Below, one piece after another: positions 28,370 through 37,480 of a stretch of DNA of 64,000 nucleotides. Location: contig JAOTXX010000012.1 in the NCBI GenBank assembly GCA_029862185.1, forward strand, positions 1,787-65,786, given 5' to 3'. This DNA is from Myxococcales bacterium (GTDB lineage: Bacteria > Myxococcota_A > Polyangia > Polyangiales > Houyiibacteriaceae). Position 1 is the stretch's first letter. Each line of letters begins with the position of its first letter. Below the pieces are notes generated by a model. It ran no database searches and was not told the origin of the DNA. It saw only the letters and a program-made list of their open reading frames with translations. Made by a program: the position numbers and the translations under genes.

Positions 28370-28792
28370 ATGAGTCGACGATCACAAAGAGAACGCGTTT
28401 CGCTGCCGTGGGAAAGCCGAGGAGGCCGCTGGCGCAATGTGCTCAGCAACACGCGCTGGCAAGCGCTGCTTGGGGTGCTGCTGCTGGTCGTGCTGGTGGT
28501 TGGGTTCACGCGCTACGCACGGCGTCGAGTCCAGTTCCGCGACACCCGGGTCGCGGTCGCCCAGGTGAAGCAGGCCATCGACCAGTTTCGAGCGGATGTC
28601 GGTCGCTGCCCAGGCTCGGAGACGGAGCTGCTTCACCCGCCCTTGTCTCAGAAGCACTACCTCGATTCGATGCCGAAGGACGGCTGGGGGCGGCCCCTCA
28701 CGATTCGCTGTCCAGGCTATTTCAAAGACGAGGCCGACGTGATTTCTGCGGGTCCGAGCGGCTCGCTCGTAAAGGACGACAACATTCAATGA
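28370..28792 (+). CDS. GspG-paralogous protein lacking the prepilin leader/GFTLIE motif (TM anchor plus pseudopilin globular domain)
   Basis: C-terminal CPGSETELL...YLDSMPKDGWGRPLTIRCPG...DVISAGPSG aligns by eye with GspG next door (CPTVEELV..YLDG...DAWDTPFQISCEDGDIAVISAGPD). The N-terminus is RWQALLGVLLLVVLVVGF with no G/FTLxE cleavage motif. Confidence 0.6.
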   Translation: MSRRSQRERVSLPWESRGGRWRNVLSNTRWQALLGVLLLVVLVVGFTRYARRRVQFRDTRVAVAQVKQAIDQFRADVGRCPGSETELLHPPLSQKHYLDSMPKDGWGRPLTIRCPGYFKDEADVISAGPSGSLVKDDNIQ

Positions 28793-29205
28793 AGGGAACG
28801 GGAGGCTACATGCCCAACAATACTGACACGCGCCCGCAACGACGACTGGCCCGCCGAAGGCGCCGAGAGGGCTTCACGTTGATCGAGATCATGATCGTCA
28901 TCACGATCTTCGCGATGATGGCCGGTGGCGTGGCGGTGGCCTTGCTTCCGCAGCTCGAAAAGGCGCGACTCAAGACCACCAAGACCGACGCGCAGGGACT
29001 GCGCTCGGCCGTGATGCTCTACGTTGCGGACAACCCGAGGGGTTGCCCAACGGTCGAGGAGCTGGTGAGCGAGCGGTATCTCGACGGAACGCGTCGGACG
29101 ACGGACGCTTGGGACACGCCGTTTCAAATCAGCTGCGAGGACGGCGATATCGCGGTCATCTCGGCGGGGCCGGACCTCCAATTCAACACCGAGGACGACA
29201 TCTAA
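28789..29205 (+). CDS. gspG: major pseudopilin
   Basis: Prepilin motif RREGFTLIEIMIVITIFAMMAG. GspG C-domain. Internal ATG at 28789 chosen (ATGA overlap with the preceding gene). The 282-aa track ORF N-terminus is an R/A-rich shadow. Confidence 0.88.
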   Translation: MKGTGGYMPNNTDTRPQRRLARRRRREGFTLIEIMIVITIFAMMAGGVAVALLPQLEKARLKTTKTDAQGLRSAVMLYVADNPRGCPTVEELVSERYLDGTRRTTDAWDTPFQISCEDGDIAVISAGPDLQFNTEDDI

Positions 29206-29211
29206 CAGCTC

Positions 29212-29901
29212 ATGCTCAGCCGCGTCCCATCCCGAACGAACGGCGGATTCACCCTCATCGAGGTGATTTTGGTCATCGCGATCATTGCGGTCGTAGTCAC
29301 GGGGGCGACGTTTGGCCTGGGCGCGATTACCCGGACCCGGCTTCGGTCGTCTGCCTTCAAAGTGATGAGCGCAGCCCAATTCGCCTACAACCGTTCGCTC
29401 ACGCAGGGCACGACGACGCGACTCCGCTTCGACTTCGAGAAGGATACGATGGCCATCGAGGAGACCCTGACACCGGTCACGCTCGCCACGAACGAACAGC
29501 TCGACGACGAGGACGGGCAGGCGGTCGACCCCTGGGACCTGGCCAGGGCGAGGCTCGAAGAGCCGCTAACGCCGGTGAAGCCGACCTCGCCCTTTCAACC
29601 GATTTCGAACCAAAGCGGCAAGGTCATCGAGCGGTATACCGCCAAGCCGATCGGCGATGCGATTTCGGTGCACGCGTTGATCACGCCGCACGAAACGGAC
29701 ATTCGAACCGATGGGGAGGGCTCCGTTTACTTCTTCCCCGGTGGGCTGACCGAACACGCTGTCATTCAGCTTAGCGACTCCAGTGACACGGTCTACAGCA
29801 TCGAGATTCATCCGCTCACAGGAAATGCGCGGATTCACAACTTCGCCTACGAGCCGCTGGACGAGCTCGACGATGAGGGAGAAGTCGAGGATACGCTATG
29901 A
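29212..29901 (+). CDS. gspH: minor pseudopilin, GspH-like
   Basis: TNGGFTLIEVILVIAIIAVV prepilin motif. Position after gspG. GspH-like RLRSSAFKVMSAAQFAYNRS. Confidence 0.7.
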   Translation: MLSRVPSRTNGGFTLIEVILVIAIIAVVVTGATFGLGAITRTRLRSSAFKVMSAAQFAYNRSLTQGTTTRLRFDFEKDTMAIEETLTPVTLATNEQLDDEDGQAVDPWDLARARLEEPLTPVKPTSPFQPISNQSGKVIERYTAKPIGDAISVHALITPHETDIRTDGEGSVYFFPGGLTEHAVIQLSDSSDTVYSIEIHPLTGNARIHNFAYEPLDELDDEGEVEDTL

Positions 29902-30518
29902 CTCGATCTGGCTTCACCTTGTTGGAAGTGATGATCGCCGTCGCGATCCTCGGCATATCGCTCACCGCGATCTTCTCGAGTGAGGTGGGTGCCGCGAACA
30001 TCGCCGCACGCGCTCGCCGGCAGAACGTCGCCGTGACCCTTGCGCGCTGCAAGATGGGTGAGATCGAAGAAATCATCGCAATCGAAGGCTTGCCCGCGCT
30101 CGAGAAGAAGGACACCGATTCTTGTTGCGAGCATGCGCCAGTCGAGGGCTATGAGTGTGACTGGATCGTCGACCGAATCATCCTACCGGAATTCGGCGCC
30201 GGGGACGACGAAAGCGAAGACGACGAGGGTGATGACGGGAACAATCCAAAGGAGATTGTGAACGCAGCTGTCGACGAGGTCACCGAATCGGGCGGGCCGA
30301 CAGAGCAGGCGATCGCGGGCCAGGCAGGGAACCTCGCCATGCTCGCATTGCAAATCGGCTTTCCAATCCTCAAGCCCTTTCTCGAAGAGCAAGTTCGTAG
30401 AGCCACCGTGACGGTGCGATGGACCGAAGGGTCCAAGCAGCGCGGCTTCGACGTCACGCAGTACCTGGTGTCCGATCAGCCCGCACGGACCGACGAGTCA
30501 GCCCAGGAGGAAGAGTGA
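29898..30518 (+). CDS. gspI: minor pseudopilin, GspI-like (with acidic insertion)
   Basis: TRSGFTLLEVMIAVAILGISL prepilin motif. ATGA overlap with gspH. Acidic insert GAGDDESEDDEGDDG. Confidence 0.7.
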   Translation: MTRSGFTLLEVMIAVAILGISLTAIFSSEVGAANIAARARRQNVAVTLARCKMGEIEEIIAIEGLPALEKKDTDSCCEHAPVEGYECDWIVDRIILPEFGAGDDESEDDEGDDGNNPKEIVNAAVDEVTESGGPTEQAIAGQAGNLAMLALQIGFPILKPFLEEQVRRATVTVRWTEGSKQRGFDVTQYLVSDQPARTDESAQEEE

Positions 30519-31201
30519 GGAAATCTGGTTTCACTCTGCTCGAAGTGATCCTCGCGGTGTCGGTGCTGGCCTTGGTGGCTACCATGATCTACGGAGGTTT
30601 CGCTCAGACGGCCCTCAACAAGGCGCGGGTCGAAGGCGATGTCGACGAATCGCGCGTCGTGCACATGTCGCTGGAGCGCATGGCTCGGGAGCTCACGATG
30701 GCTTTCGTTTCGACCCACACCAATCCTTCGCTCGAACTGCGAGTGGTCGAAACGGCATTCATCGGAAAGGACCATGGAAAAGAGGATCGAATCGATTTCA
30801 CTTCGTTCTCGCATCGGCGTCTGTATCGAAACGCGCGCGAATCGGATCAGAACGAGCTGAGCTACTTCGTCGCCGAAGATCCGGACGACCCGGACGGGCG
30901 GGTTCTAGCACGCAGAGAGCAAAATCGAATCGACGATGACCCGCGACGGGGCGGCAAGTCACAGATCCTCGTCGAGAACGTCGAAGAGTTCAACGTCGAG
31001 TACTACGACCCGTTGTTGAGCGAGTGGGTCCAGACCTGGGACACCGAGGACGTGCTCGCACAGCCAAATCGACTCCCGACGCAGGTGCGGATCCGGCTGG
31101 CCGTCAAGCACCCGAGTCGCCGGGGCAAGACCCAGGCGTTTGGCACCAGGGTGACGATTCCACTCACTTACGCCCTGAACCACGCGAACTACAACCCATG
31201 A
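30515..31201 (+). CDS. gspJ: minor pseudopilin, GspJ-like
   Basis: GTG start overlapping the gspI stop (GTGA). RKSGFTLLEVILAVSVLALV prepilin motif. About 228 aa as expected for GspJ. Confidence 0.7.
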   Translation: MRKSGFTLLEVILAVSVLALVATMIYGGFAQTALNKARVEGDVDESRVVHMSLERMARELTMAFVSTHTNPSLELRVVETAFIGKDHGKEDRIDFTSFSHRRLYRNARESDQNELSYFVAEDPDDPDGRVLARREQNRIDDDPRRGGKSQILVENVEEFNVEYYDPLLSEWVQTWDTEDVLAQPNRLPTQVRIRLAVKHPSRRGKTQAFGTRVTIPLTYALNHANYNP

Positions 31202-32550
31202 ACGACCGCAAAAAGACATCGCATCCCAAGCGCTCCGAAGAAGGCGTTGCGCTGATCATGGCAATTGCGACGATCGCGATTCTATCGGTGATGCTTGTGG
31301 ACATGCACGAGAAGACCGGCACGGCGTTTGCGGTCTCTACTTCCCAGCGCGATGCGCTTCAGGCCGAATACATGGCCAAGAGCGCCACGAACCTCACTCG
31401 CCTGCTGATCGCAAAAGAGCCAGCGGTGCGACGCTTCGTCGACCCGCTCTACCGAGGCGCGACCGGCCGTTCCGCCCCTCAGCTCCCTGTCTGGAACTTC
31501 GTCAACGAGCTGCTTGCGCCGTTTTGTACGCCCGAGGACCAGCGAGACACCTTGATGGAGCTTGGAGTCGATTTCGGCGACACGGTCGGGTTCGAGAACC
31601 TCCCAGGTTCATGCCAGGTCCGCGCCGTCAGTGAGAACGGCAAAGTCAACGTCAACGATCCGCTGTTCCTCGATGGCGAGCAGGCCCGAAACGGCGTAGC
31701 GATGCAGCTGTTTTCGCTGACGGGCGGCCAGCTCCCGGAGAGCCCCTACGATGCGCTGTTCACCAAGGAAGACGAGACCGGCACCTTGACCACTCGTATC
31801 GACCTCATCACTGCCGTGATCGACTGGTGGGACCGCGACATTCAACGCACGGACTTCGACCCTGGGGCAGGTCAAACACGAACGGGCGGCACGGGGGCGG
31901 AAGACGACGCGCTCTATCAACTGAGCGATGATCCGTACCGGAACAAGAACGCCCCCTTCGACTCGATCCAAGAGCTGCGCCTCGTGCGAGGGTTCAACGA
32001 TGATTTCTGGGCTACGTTCGTCGAACCCATCCCCAACGACCCAGCATCTCGGCTCATGACGATCTATGCATCAGGCCTGGTGAACGTGAACGAAGCCAGC
32101 CCCCAGGTTTTGCTCGGTAGGATCTGCTCCTTCGCGCCCGAGGCCAGTCTTTGCACCGATCCGCTCGAAAGCGTCAAGTTCGTTCAGATTCTGACCACCA
32201 TTCGTCAGCTCATCCCGATTCCGCTGTTCAGCCAGCCTACAGACCTCATCAACTTCGTCGAAGGCAAGGGAACGAAAAAGGATTTGTACGGAATGCTGAC
32301 TGGTTTTCTGGGTCCCGAAAGCGAGCTCATCTTCACACCCATCGAGATTCCTGAAGAGCAGCGAACCCCACTCGCTCGCTCCTTCGCGACCTCGGCACAG
32401 ATTTTCACCATCGAAGCGGTCGCATTGGTCGGTCATTCGGAGGTGCGAATCGAGTCCGTCGTCAATTTTCACTCGCGCTGGGTTCCGCCCCCGCCCAACA
32501 CGGGACGCATGCCGGGGTTGGGCGTGTTTCACTATTATCGGATGAATTGA
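31198..32550 (+). CDS. gspK: minor pseudopilin, GspK-like
   Basis: ATGA overlap with gspJ. N-terminus EEGVALIMAIATIAILSV lacks Glu5, as is typical of GspK. About 450 aa, with a helix-hairpin-helix-like C-terminal region. Confidence 0.7.
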   Translation: MNDRKKTSHPKRSEEGVALIMAIATIAILSVMLVDMHEKTGTAFAVSTSQRDALQAEYMAKSATNLTRLLIAKEPAVRRFVDPLYRGATGRSAPQLPVWNFVNELLAPFCTPEDQRDTLMELGVDFGDTVGFENLPGSCQVRAVSENGKVNVNDPLFLDGEQARNGVAMQLFSLTGGQLPESPYDALFTKEDETGTLTTRIDLITAVIDWWDRDIQRTDFDPGAGQTRTGGTGAEDDALYQLSDDPYRNKNAPFDSIQELRLVRGFNDDFWATFVEPIPNDPASRLMTIYASGLVNVNEASPQVLLGRICSFAPEASLCTDPLESVKFVQILTTIRQLIPIPLFSQPTDLINFVEGKGTKKDLYGMLTGFLGPESELIFTPIEIPEEQRTPLARSFATSAQIFTIEAVALVGHSEVRIESVVNFHSRWVPPPPNTGRMPGLGVFHYYRMN

Positions 32551-32551
32551 A

Positions 32552-34024
32552 ATGTCTTTGGTTTTGGGATTAGAAGTGACAACCCGGGTGGTTCGCGGCG
32601 CGTTTTTGAGAACGACGCTGCGTGGATCCGAAATGGAGCAATACGCGGAGGCGCCATTGCCTTACTCCGCAGATTCGGAGTTGGAGGCTGGCGTGTTGCA
32701 GGCTGCGATCGCGCAAGTTCTCTCTCAGGGCGCGCGGCCGCCCGACCGCATCATCACGTCCTTGAACGGCGAGGCCGCTTCGCTGAGGCTGATCGACCTG
32801 CCAGCCGGTGTAGAGAAGAAAGCCGGAGAAGTCTTGCCCGGCGAGCTCGGGTCCGTGCTTCCCTTCGACGTCGAAGACGCGATCATCGACTACCAGGTGG
32901 TCGGTCGTAGCGAGTCGACCATCCAGCTCATGGCCGTTGCCGCGCCTCGGCGAAGCGTCGCGGATCGACTGAACCAGCTCCGGTCGGCCGGCGTCGACCC
33001 GAGCGAGCTTGCCGTTGGGGCAGCCGCGTTCGACGGCCTCGGAGCGCTCCTTGGCGAGTTGCTCGAGAACAAGACGGTCATCGTCATCGACGTGGGTCCC
33101 AAGAATACGGACTTTGCTGCGCTGACCAACGGCGGCTGTACGTTTGCTCGAACGCTTTCGGGTGGGATGGACCTGGTCGAGTCGGGGCGGCGCGCGCAGC
33201 TCGGCGCCTCGCTCCAGCGCACGCTCGCGAGCTACCGGGCGCAACGCGCCGAAGAGCCCTCCATGGTTTTGCTTTCGGGTGAGACAGCGCCGATGGAAAG
33301 CGCTCGAAGTTGGCTGACCGAGCAACTCGGAATCGCCTGCGGCGTAGCTCCGCTCCCCGCCGCGCCGGGAGCCGACGAAGAAACGCGGCCGAAGTTTGCC
33401 AAGGCTGCAGCCCTCGCATCGCGAGCCATCTCACGGAGGAAACAACTCAACCTGCGGCAGGGCGAGTTCGCATCGGCAGCGGCTGCAGGTGAGCTTCGGA
33501 AGCATGCTCGCCTGATCGCCGTGTGTTTCACGGCAGTCGTTCTCGCATTTGGCGTTTCGTTGATGGCCCGATACCGGGTCGCTCGCGCGGAGCACGAACG
33601 ACTCACGGGGACGCTCGTAGAAGTCAGCAAGGACCTGCTGAGAGAGGAGACTCGCAGCGCGCTTCATGCGCGGGAGCTGCTCACCGCTGGGCCTCGTATC
33701 GACGACCCGCTGCCTCGCTTCGATGCCTATGACGTTCTCGAGGCGATCTCCGAGAGCATTCCTGCGGACATCCAGCACGATACGCGGCGGCTTCTAATTG
33801 AGATCGACGACGACGGCGACAACGGGCGCTTCGAGATTCAGGGCACCGTGGGCTCGATTGCCGACCGGGACAGGCTGGTGGATGACCTTCAGACGCATGC
33901 TTGCTTCGCAGAAGCCGAAAAGGGATCGATCTCAAACGCCGTCGGCGACCGCAAGGACTACAAGCTGGTTGTCAAAGTCGATTGCGATGAAACGGCCGCC
34001 CGCCCGAAGAAGAAGGAGAAATAA
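32552..34024 (+). CDS. gspL: GspL-like assembly protein (PilM/actin-like cytoplasmic domain, TM, periplasmic domain)
   Basis: Starts 1 nt after gspK. The N-terminal domain resembles PilM/GspL. Single TM (LIAVCFTAVVLAFGVSLMA). Gene order. Confidence 0.6.
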   Translation: MSLVLGLEVTTRVVRGAFLRTTLRGSEMEQYAEAPLPYSADSELEAGVLQAAIAQVLSQGARPPDRIITSLNGEAASLRLIDLPAGVEKKAGEVLPGELGSVLPFDVEDAIIDYQVVGRSESTIQLMAVAAPRRSVADRLNQLRSAGVDPSELAVGAAAFDGLGALLGELLENKTVIVIDVGPKNTDFAALTNGGCTFARTLSGGMDLVESGRRAQLGASLQRTLASYRAQRAEEPSMVLLSGETAPMESARSWLTEQLGIACGVAPLPAAPGADEETRPKFAKAAALASRAISRRKQLNLRQGEFASAAAAGELRKHARLIAVCFTAVVLAFGVSLMARYRVARAEHERLTGTLVEVSKDLLREETRSALHARELLTAGPRIDDPLPRFDAYDVLEAISESIPADIQHDTRRLLIEIDDDGDNGRFEIQGTVGSIADRDRLVDDLQTHACFAEAEKGSISNAVGDRKDYKLVVKVDCDETAARPKKKEK

Positions 34025-34025
34025 C

Positions 34026-34589
34026 GTGGCCTTTGGAGATGCGTTGGACAACGTGCGCAGCTGGGCGGATGCCTTGAGCGCACGCGAACGTCGACTGGTC
34101 ACCATCATGGCGGTCGTGTTCATCGCGATGCTGATCGTGATCCCGATGTACGTCGCGATCGCCAGCATTTCGGACATCGAGACGGAGAACGAGGAAATCG
34201 GCCTGGTCCTTCAGGACATCCGCCGCTCGGAGCCCCGTCTACGACAGCAGAAAGCCGATCGGGCCGCGGTAGAGAGGCTGTACGGCCGAAAGGCGCCTTC
34301 ACTGGGCGGCTTTCTCGAGGAGCGTGCTCAGCAGTACGGCGTGACCGGCCTCGGCATCACCGACCAGCCAAACCTCGACATGGGAGAGTATAGTCGGCGT
34401 TCGGTACGCGTCTCTTTGCCTGTGGTTGAGCTTCGACCGCTGATCGAGATGCTCGCAGACATCGAAAACAGCTCCTATCCGGTCGCAATAGAACGCATCC
34501 AGATGACCGGTGGCCGCATGAGAACGGGATACACGGTGAAGTTGGGCGTCAACGCCTACGATCGCGAAACCGGTTCGGTGGAGCAGTAA
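34026..34589 (+). CDS. gspM: GspM-like assembly protein
   Basis: GTG start 1 nt after the gspL stop. N-terminal TM (LVTIMAVVFIAMLIVIPMYVAI) plus ~150-aa periplasmic domain. Gene order. Confidence 0.55.
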   Translation: MAFGDALDNVRSWADALSARERRLVTIMAVVFIAMLIVIPMYVAIASISDIETENEEIGLVLQDIRRSEPRLRQQKADRAAVERLYGRKAPSLGGFLEERAQQYGVTGLGITDQPNLDMGEYSRRSVRVSLPVVELRPLIEMLADIENSSYPVAIERIQMTGGRMRTGYTVKLGVNAYDRETGSVEQ

Positions 34590-34592
34590 ATC

Positions 34593-35549
34593 GTGGACCG
34601 AATTCCAATCAAGCAAATCCTGCAGTGGACGGGTTACCCCCTGTTCTTCGTCTTCTGCTTTCTCTTCTTCGCGTACAAGACTTTTCCGTACGAGCGGCTT
34701 GCCGACCGCATCGTTCAAGAAGCATCCGCAAGGGGCTACGAGATCGAGATCATCGACTTGACCCACTCGGGCTTGACCGGACTCACCTTCGAGGGGCTCC
34801 GCTGGATCGTTCCGTCCGGCGAAGAGGGTTCCCCTCCACTCGATCTGATTTTGGACGAGCTCACCGTCAGCACATCGCTGTTTTCGCTGATCTCCGGGTC
34901 GAAATCTTACAGCTTCGACGCAGAGCTGGCAGGGGGTGACGCCGATGGCGACATCACGATCGGAGAGAACGACTTGGACGTCGATATCGAGATCGACGAA
35001 GTCGACCTCGGAGCGCTCCCCGCGCTGCTCCAGTTCACCAAGATTCCCCTGGGTGGAACGCTCAGCGGCGAGATCGTGCTCGACATGCCGAGCGAGGTCA
35101 CCGAGTCGACGGGCAACATCGCAGTCACCATCGAGGCGCTGAGCCTCGGTGACGGCAAATCCAAGCTCGAGATTCCAGATTGGGGCGGCTTGACGCTCGA
35201 CCGTGCGGAGGCGGGGGACCTGGAGCTGACGGTTACGATCGAAGAAGGCGTGGCGAACATCGAACGCGCGACGGCGCGCGGCAAAGACCTGGAGCTCGAC
35301 GCGCTTGGCAGGGTTCGGATCCTACGCCCACTCAAGCGCTCGGATTTGAACGTGATGATCAGAGCCAAAATCCAGGATGCCTACAAGGAACGAAGCGCCA
35401 AGGTGGCCACCATGCTCGAGCTCGCATCCGCGGGGCTCAAAGCCGCACAGACGGCCGACGGCGCGATTCAATACACGGTCGCCGGCGCGGTCGGTGGGCG
35501 TTTGCGACCGAGGGCAGCGGGCAAACAGCCCTTTCAAGCCCCCAAATGA
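34593..35549 (+). CDS. gspN: GspN-like protein
   Basis: N-terminal TM (YPLFFVFCFLFFAY) and beta-rich periplasmic domain. Last gene of the cluster, as for GspN in Xcp/Gsp-type loci. Confidence 0.5.
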   Translation: MDRIPIKQILQWTGYPLFFVFCFLFFAYKTFPYERLADRIVQEASARGYEIEIIDLTHSGLTGLTFEGLRWIVPSGEEGSPPLDLILDELTVSTSLFSLISGSKSYSFDAELAGGDADGDITIGENDLDVDIEIDEVDLGALPALLQFTKIPLGGTLSGEIVLDMPSEVTESTGNIAVTIEALSLGDGKSKLEIPDWGGLTLDRAEAGDLELTVTIEEGVANIERATARGKDLELDALGRVRILRPLKRSDLNVMIRAKIQDAYKERSAKVATMLELASAGLKAAQTADGAIQYTVAGAVGGRLRPRAAGKQPFQAPK

Positions 35550-35610
35550 AGGCCGCCACTGGACGTCCCGGGGGGCTGTGCTTTAGAGAGGGCTGTCACG
35601 GGCGGGATCG

Positions 35611-36597
35611 ATGACTGGAAACGACGCAGAAGAACCTGACGAGATCGACGAGCTCCAAGACGCCGAAATCATGGACGATGCGCCAAGCCTGGGCGGGGAC
35701 GGCCCCGACGCGCTGGCACCGTCCTCCGCCGCGCTCTCGAAGCGCGACCCGCTCGGCGTCTATATGCGGGACGTCCAGCGATATCCGCTGCTCTCAAAGG
35801 AGGAGGAACACGAGCTCGCCGTGCGCTTCCTCGAAGAAGACGATCTCGATGCCGCAAAACGGCTGGTCACCTCGAACCTCCGGCTGGTCGTCAAGATCGC
35901 ATACGACTATCGACAGGCGTACAAGAACATTCTGGACCTCGTTCAGGAAGGCAACATCGGCCTGATGCAGGCCGTGAAGAAGTACGACCCTTACAAGGGC
36001 GTGAAGCTCTCGAGCTATGCCGCCTGGTGGATTCGAGCGTACATCCTTCGCTACATCCTGAACAACCACCGGCTCGTCAAAGTCGGCACGACACAGGCTC
36101 AACGGAAGCTGTTCTTCAACCTGCAGAAAGAAAAAGCGCGCCTCTCTGCGATGGGAATCGAGCCCACGGCGGGGATCATCGCGGAGCGCCTCAACGTCCC
36201 AGAGCGGGACGTCGTCTCGATGGACATGCGCTTGGCAGCCGGGGATGCGTCCCTCGATGCACCGGTAGGGATGGGAGAAGGTCGCCCTGTGGCGAGGGTG
36301 GAGCTCATTCCGTCAGACGACGTCCGCGTGGACGACACCCTGGCCGATGCCGAAGTCGGCGATCAGTTCTCCGCGAAGATCCACGAGTTTGGAGAGTCTC
36401 TGCAAGGCAAGGAACGGCAGATCTTCGACGACCGCTTGGTTGCAGAAGATCCCAAGACTCTGCAGGCGCTTGGAGATGAATTCGGCGTGAGCCGCGAGCG
36501 CGTTCGGCAGATTGAAAAGCGTCTCCTCGAGAAGCTCAAGGCATACCTGCGCGAAGAGCTAGGCGAGACGGTCGTCGAAGTCTACGAATCCCCCTGA
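35611..36597 (+). CDS. rpoH: RpoH-family (sigma-32-like) RNA polymerase sigma factor
   Basis: Region 2 (QEGNIGLMQAVKKYDPYKGVKLSSYAAWWIRAYI). RpoH box QRKLFFNLQKEK. Region 4 HTH (LQALGDEFGVSRERVRQIEKRLL). Confidence 0.8.
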   Translation: MTGNDAEEPDEIDELQDAEIMDDAPSLGGDGPDALAPSSAALSKRDPLGVYMRDVQRYPLLSKEEEHELAVRFLEEDDLDAAKRLVTSNLRLVVKIAYDYRQAYKNILDLVQEGNIGLMQAVKKYDPYKGVKLSSYAAWWIRAYILRYILNNHRLVKVGTTQAQRKLFFNLQKEKARLSAMGIEPTAGIIAERLNVPERDVVSMDMRLAAGDASLDAPVGMGEGRPVARVELIPSDDVRVDDTLADAEVGDQFSAKIHEFGESLQGKERQIFDDRLVAEDPKTLQALGDEFGVSRERVRQIEKRLLEKLKAYLREELGETVVEVYESP

Positions 36598-36640
36598 GCG
36601 GCCGGGTCGCGAAGCCGGAGAGATGTGGTAACGCCAAGGA

Positions 36641-37480
36641 ATGTCAGGTCGCCTCTCCGTGGTTGCGACGCCCATTGGTTGTCTCGAAGACATCACGCTG
36701 CGGGCACTGCGCATTCTGCGCGAAGCCGACCTCATTCTCGCCGAGGACACTCGCCATACACGAACGCTTTGCGCGAAGCATGGCATCTCTACCCCGCTGC
36801 GTTCTTTTCACGCGCACAGCAACAACGACAAGGTGCTGCAGATCGTCGAGGAGCTCGCCAACGGCGCTCACTACGCCTTGGTGAGCGACGCGGGAACTCC
36901 GGTGGTGAGCGACCCAGGCGTCTACCTCGTCTCGCGCTCCGCTGACGCGGGCGTTCCAATCGAAGCGATTCCGGGCCCGAGCGCCGTCTTGGCCGCTCTT
37001 TGCGTCGCTGGACTCCCCGTCCGTCGTTTCGTCTTCGAAGGGTTTCTGCCTCGCGGAGGCGGAGACCGGAGCCGCGCACTCCAGCGAATCGCCCACTCGG
37101 ATGTGACGGTGGTGCTGTTCGAATCGCCCCATCGGATCCATGCGACCTTGGAGGACCTCGAACGCGAGCTCGGCAGCGAGAGGCAAATCGCGCTCTGCCG
37201 CGAGCTCACGAAGATGCATGAACAAACCATTCGCGGCACGGTCTCAGAAGTCCGCGGAGAGCTCTCGAACCCAGCCCGAGGCGAGATCACCATCGTCATC
37301 GAAGGTAGAGCCGCCGATGCAGCGATCGAGGACGTCGACCTCGACACGCTCTTGATGGAATGGAAACGCGAGGGGCTGTCGAACAAAGAGATGACCCAAC
37401 GGCTCCAGCAAGACCTCGGCTGGAAACGCAACCGGGCCTACCAGGCGATCCTCGACGCATCCAAGCCGGATCAGACCTAA
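36641..37480 (+). CDS. rsmI: 16S rRNA (cytidine1402-2'-O)-methyltransferase
   Basis: LSVVATPIGCLEDITLRALRILREADLILAEDTRHT... and SDAGTPVVSDPG: tetrapyrrole-methylase-fold RsmI signature. Confidence 0.88.
   Translation: MSGRLSVVATPIGCLEDITLRALRILREADLILAEDTRHTRTLCAKHGISTPLRSFHAHSNNDKVLQIVEELANGAHYALVSDAGTPVVSDPGVYLVSRSADAGVPIEAIPGPSAVLAALCVAGLPVRRFVFEGFLPRGGGDRSRALQRIAHSDVTVVLFESPHRIHATLEDLERELGSERQIALCRELTKMHEQTIRGTVSEVRGELSNPARGEITIVIEGRAADAAIEDVDLDTLLMEWKREGLSNKEMTQRLQQDLGWKRNRAYQAILDASKPDQT

Noticed and set aside
28357-28788. N-terminal 144 codons of the 282-aa track ORF containing gspG
   Set aside because: This part overlaps the GspG-paralogue gene in another frame and is Arg/Ala-rich. 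The prepilin motif and Shine-Dalgarno-free ATGA coupling fit a start at 28789. Similar trimming was applied to gspJ (30515), gspK (31198), gspM (34026), GH15 (41312), the FHA gene (48102), the PDZ gene (48237) and the PfkB gene (49468).
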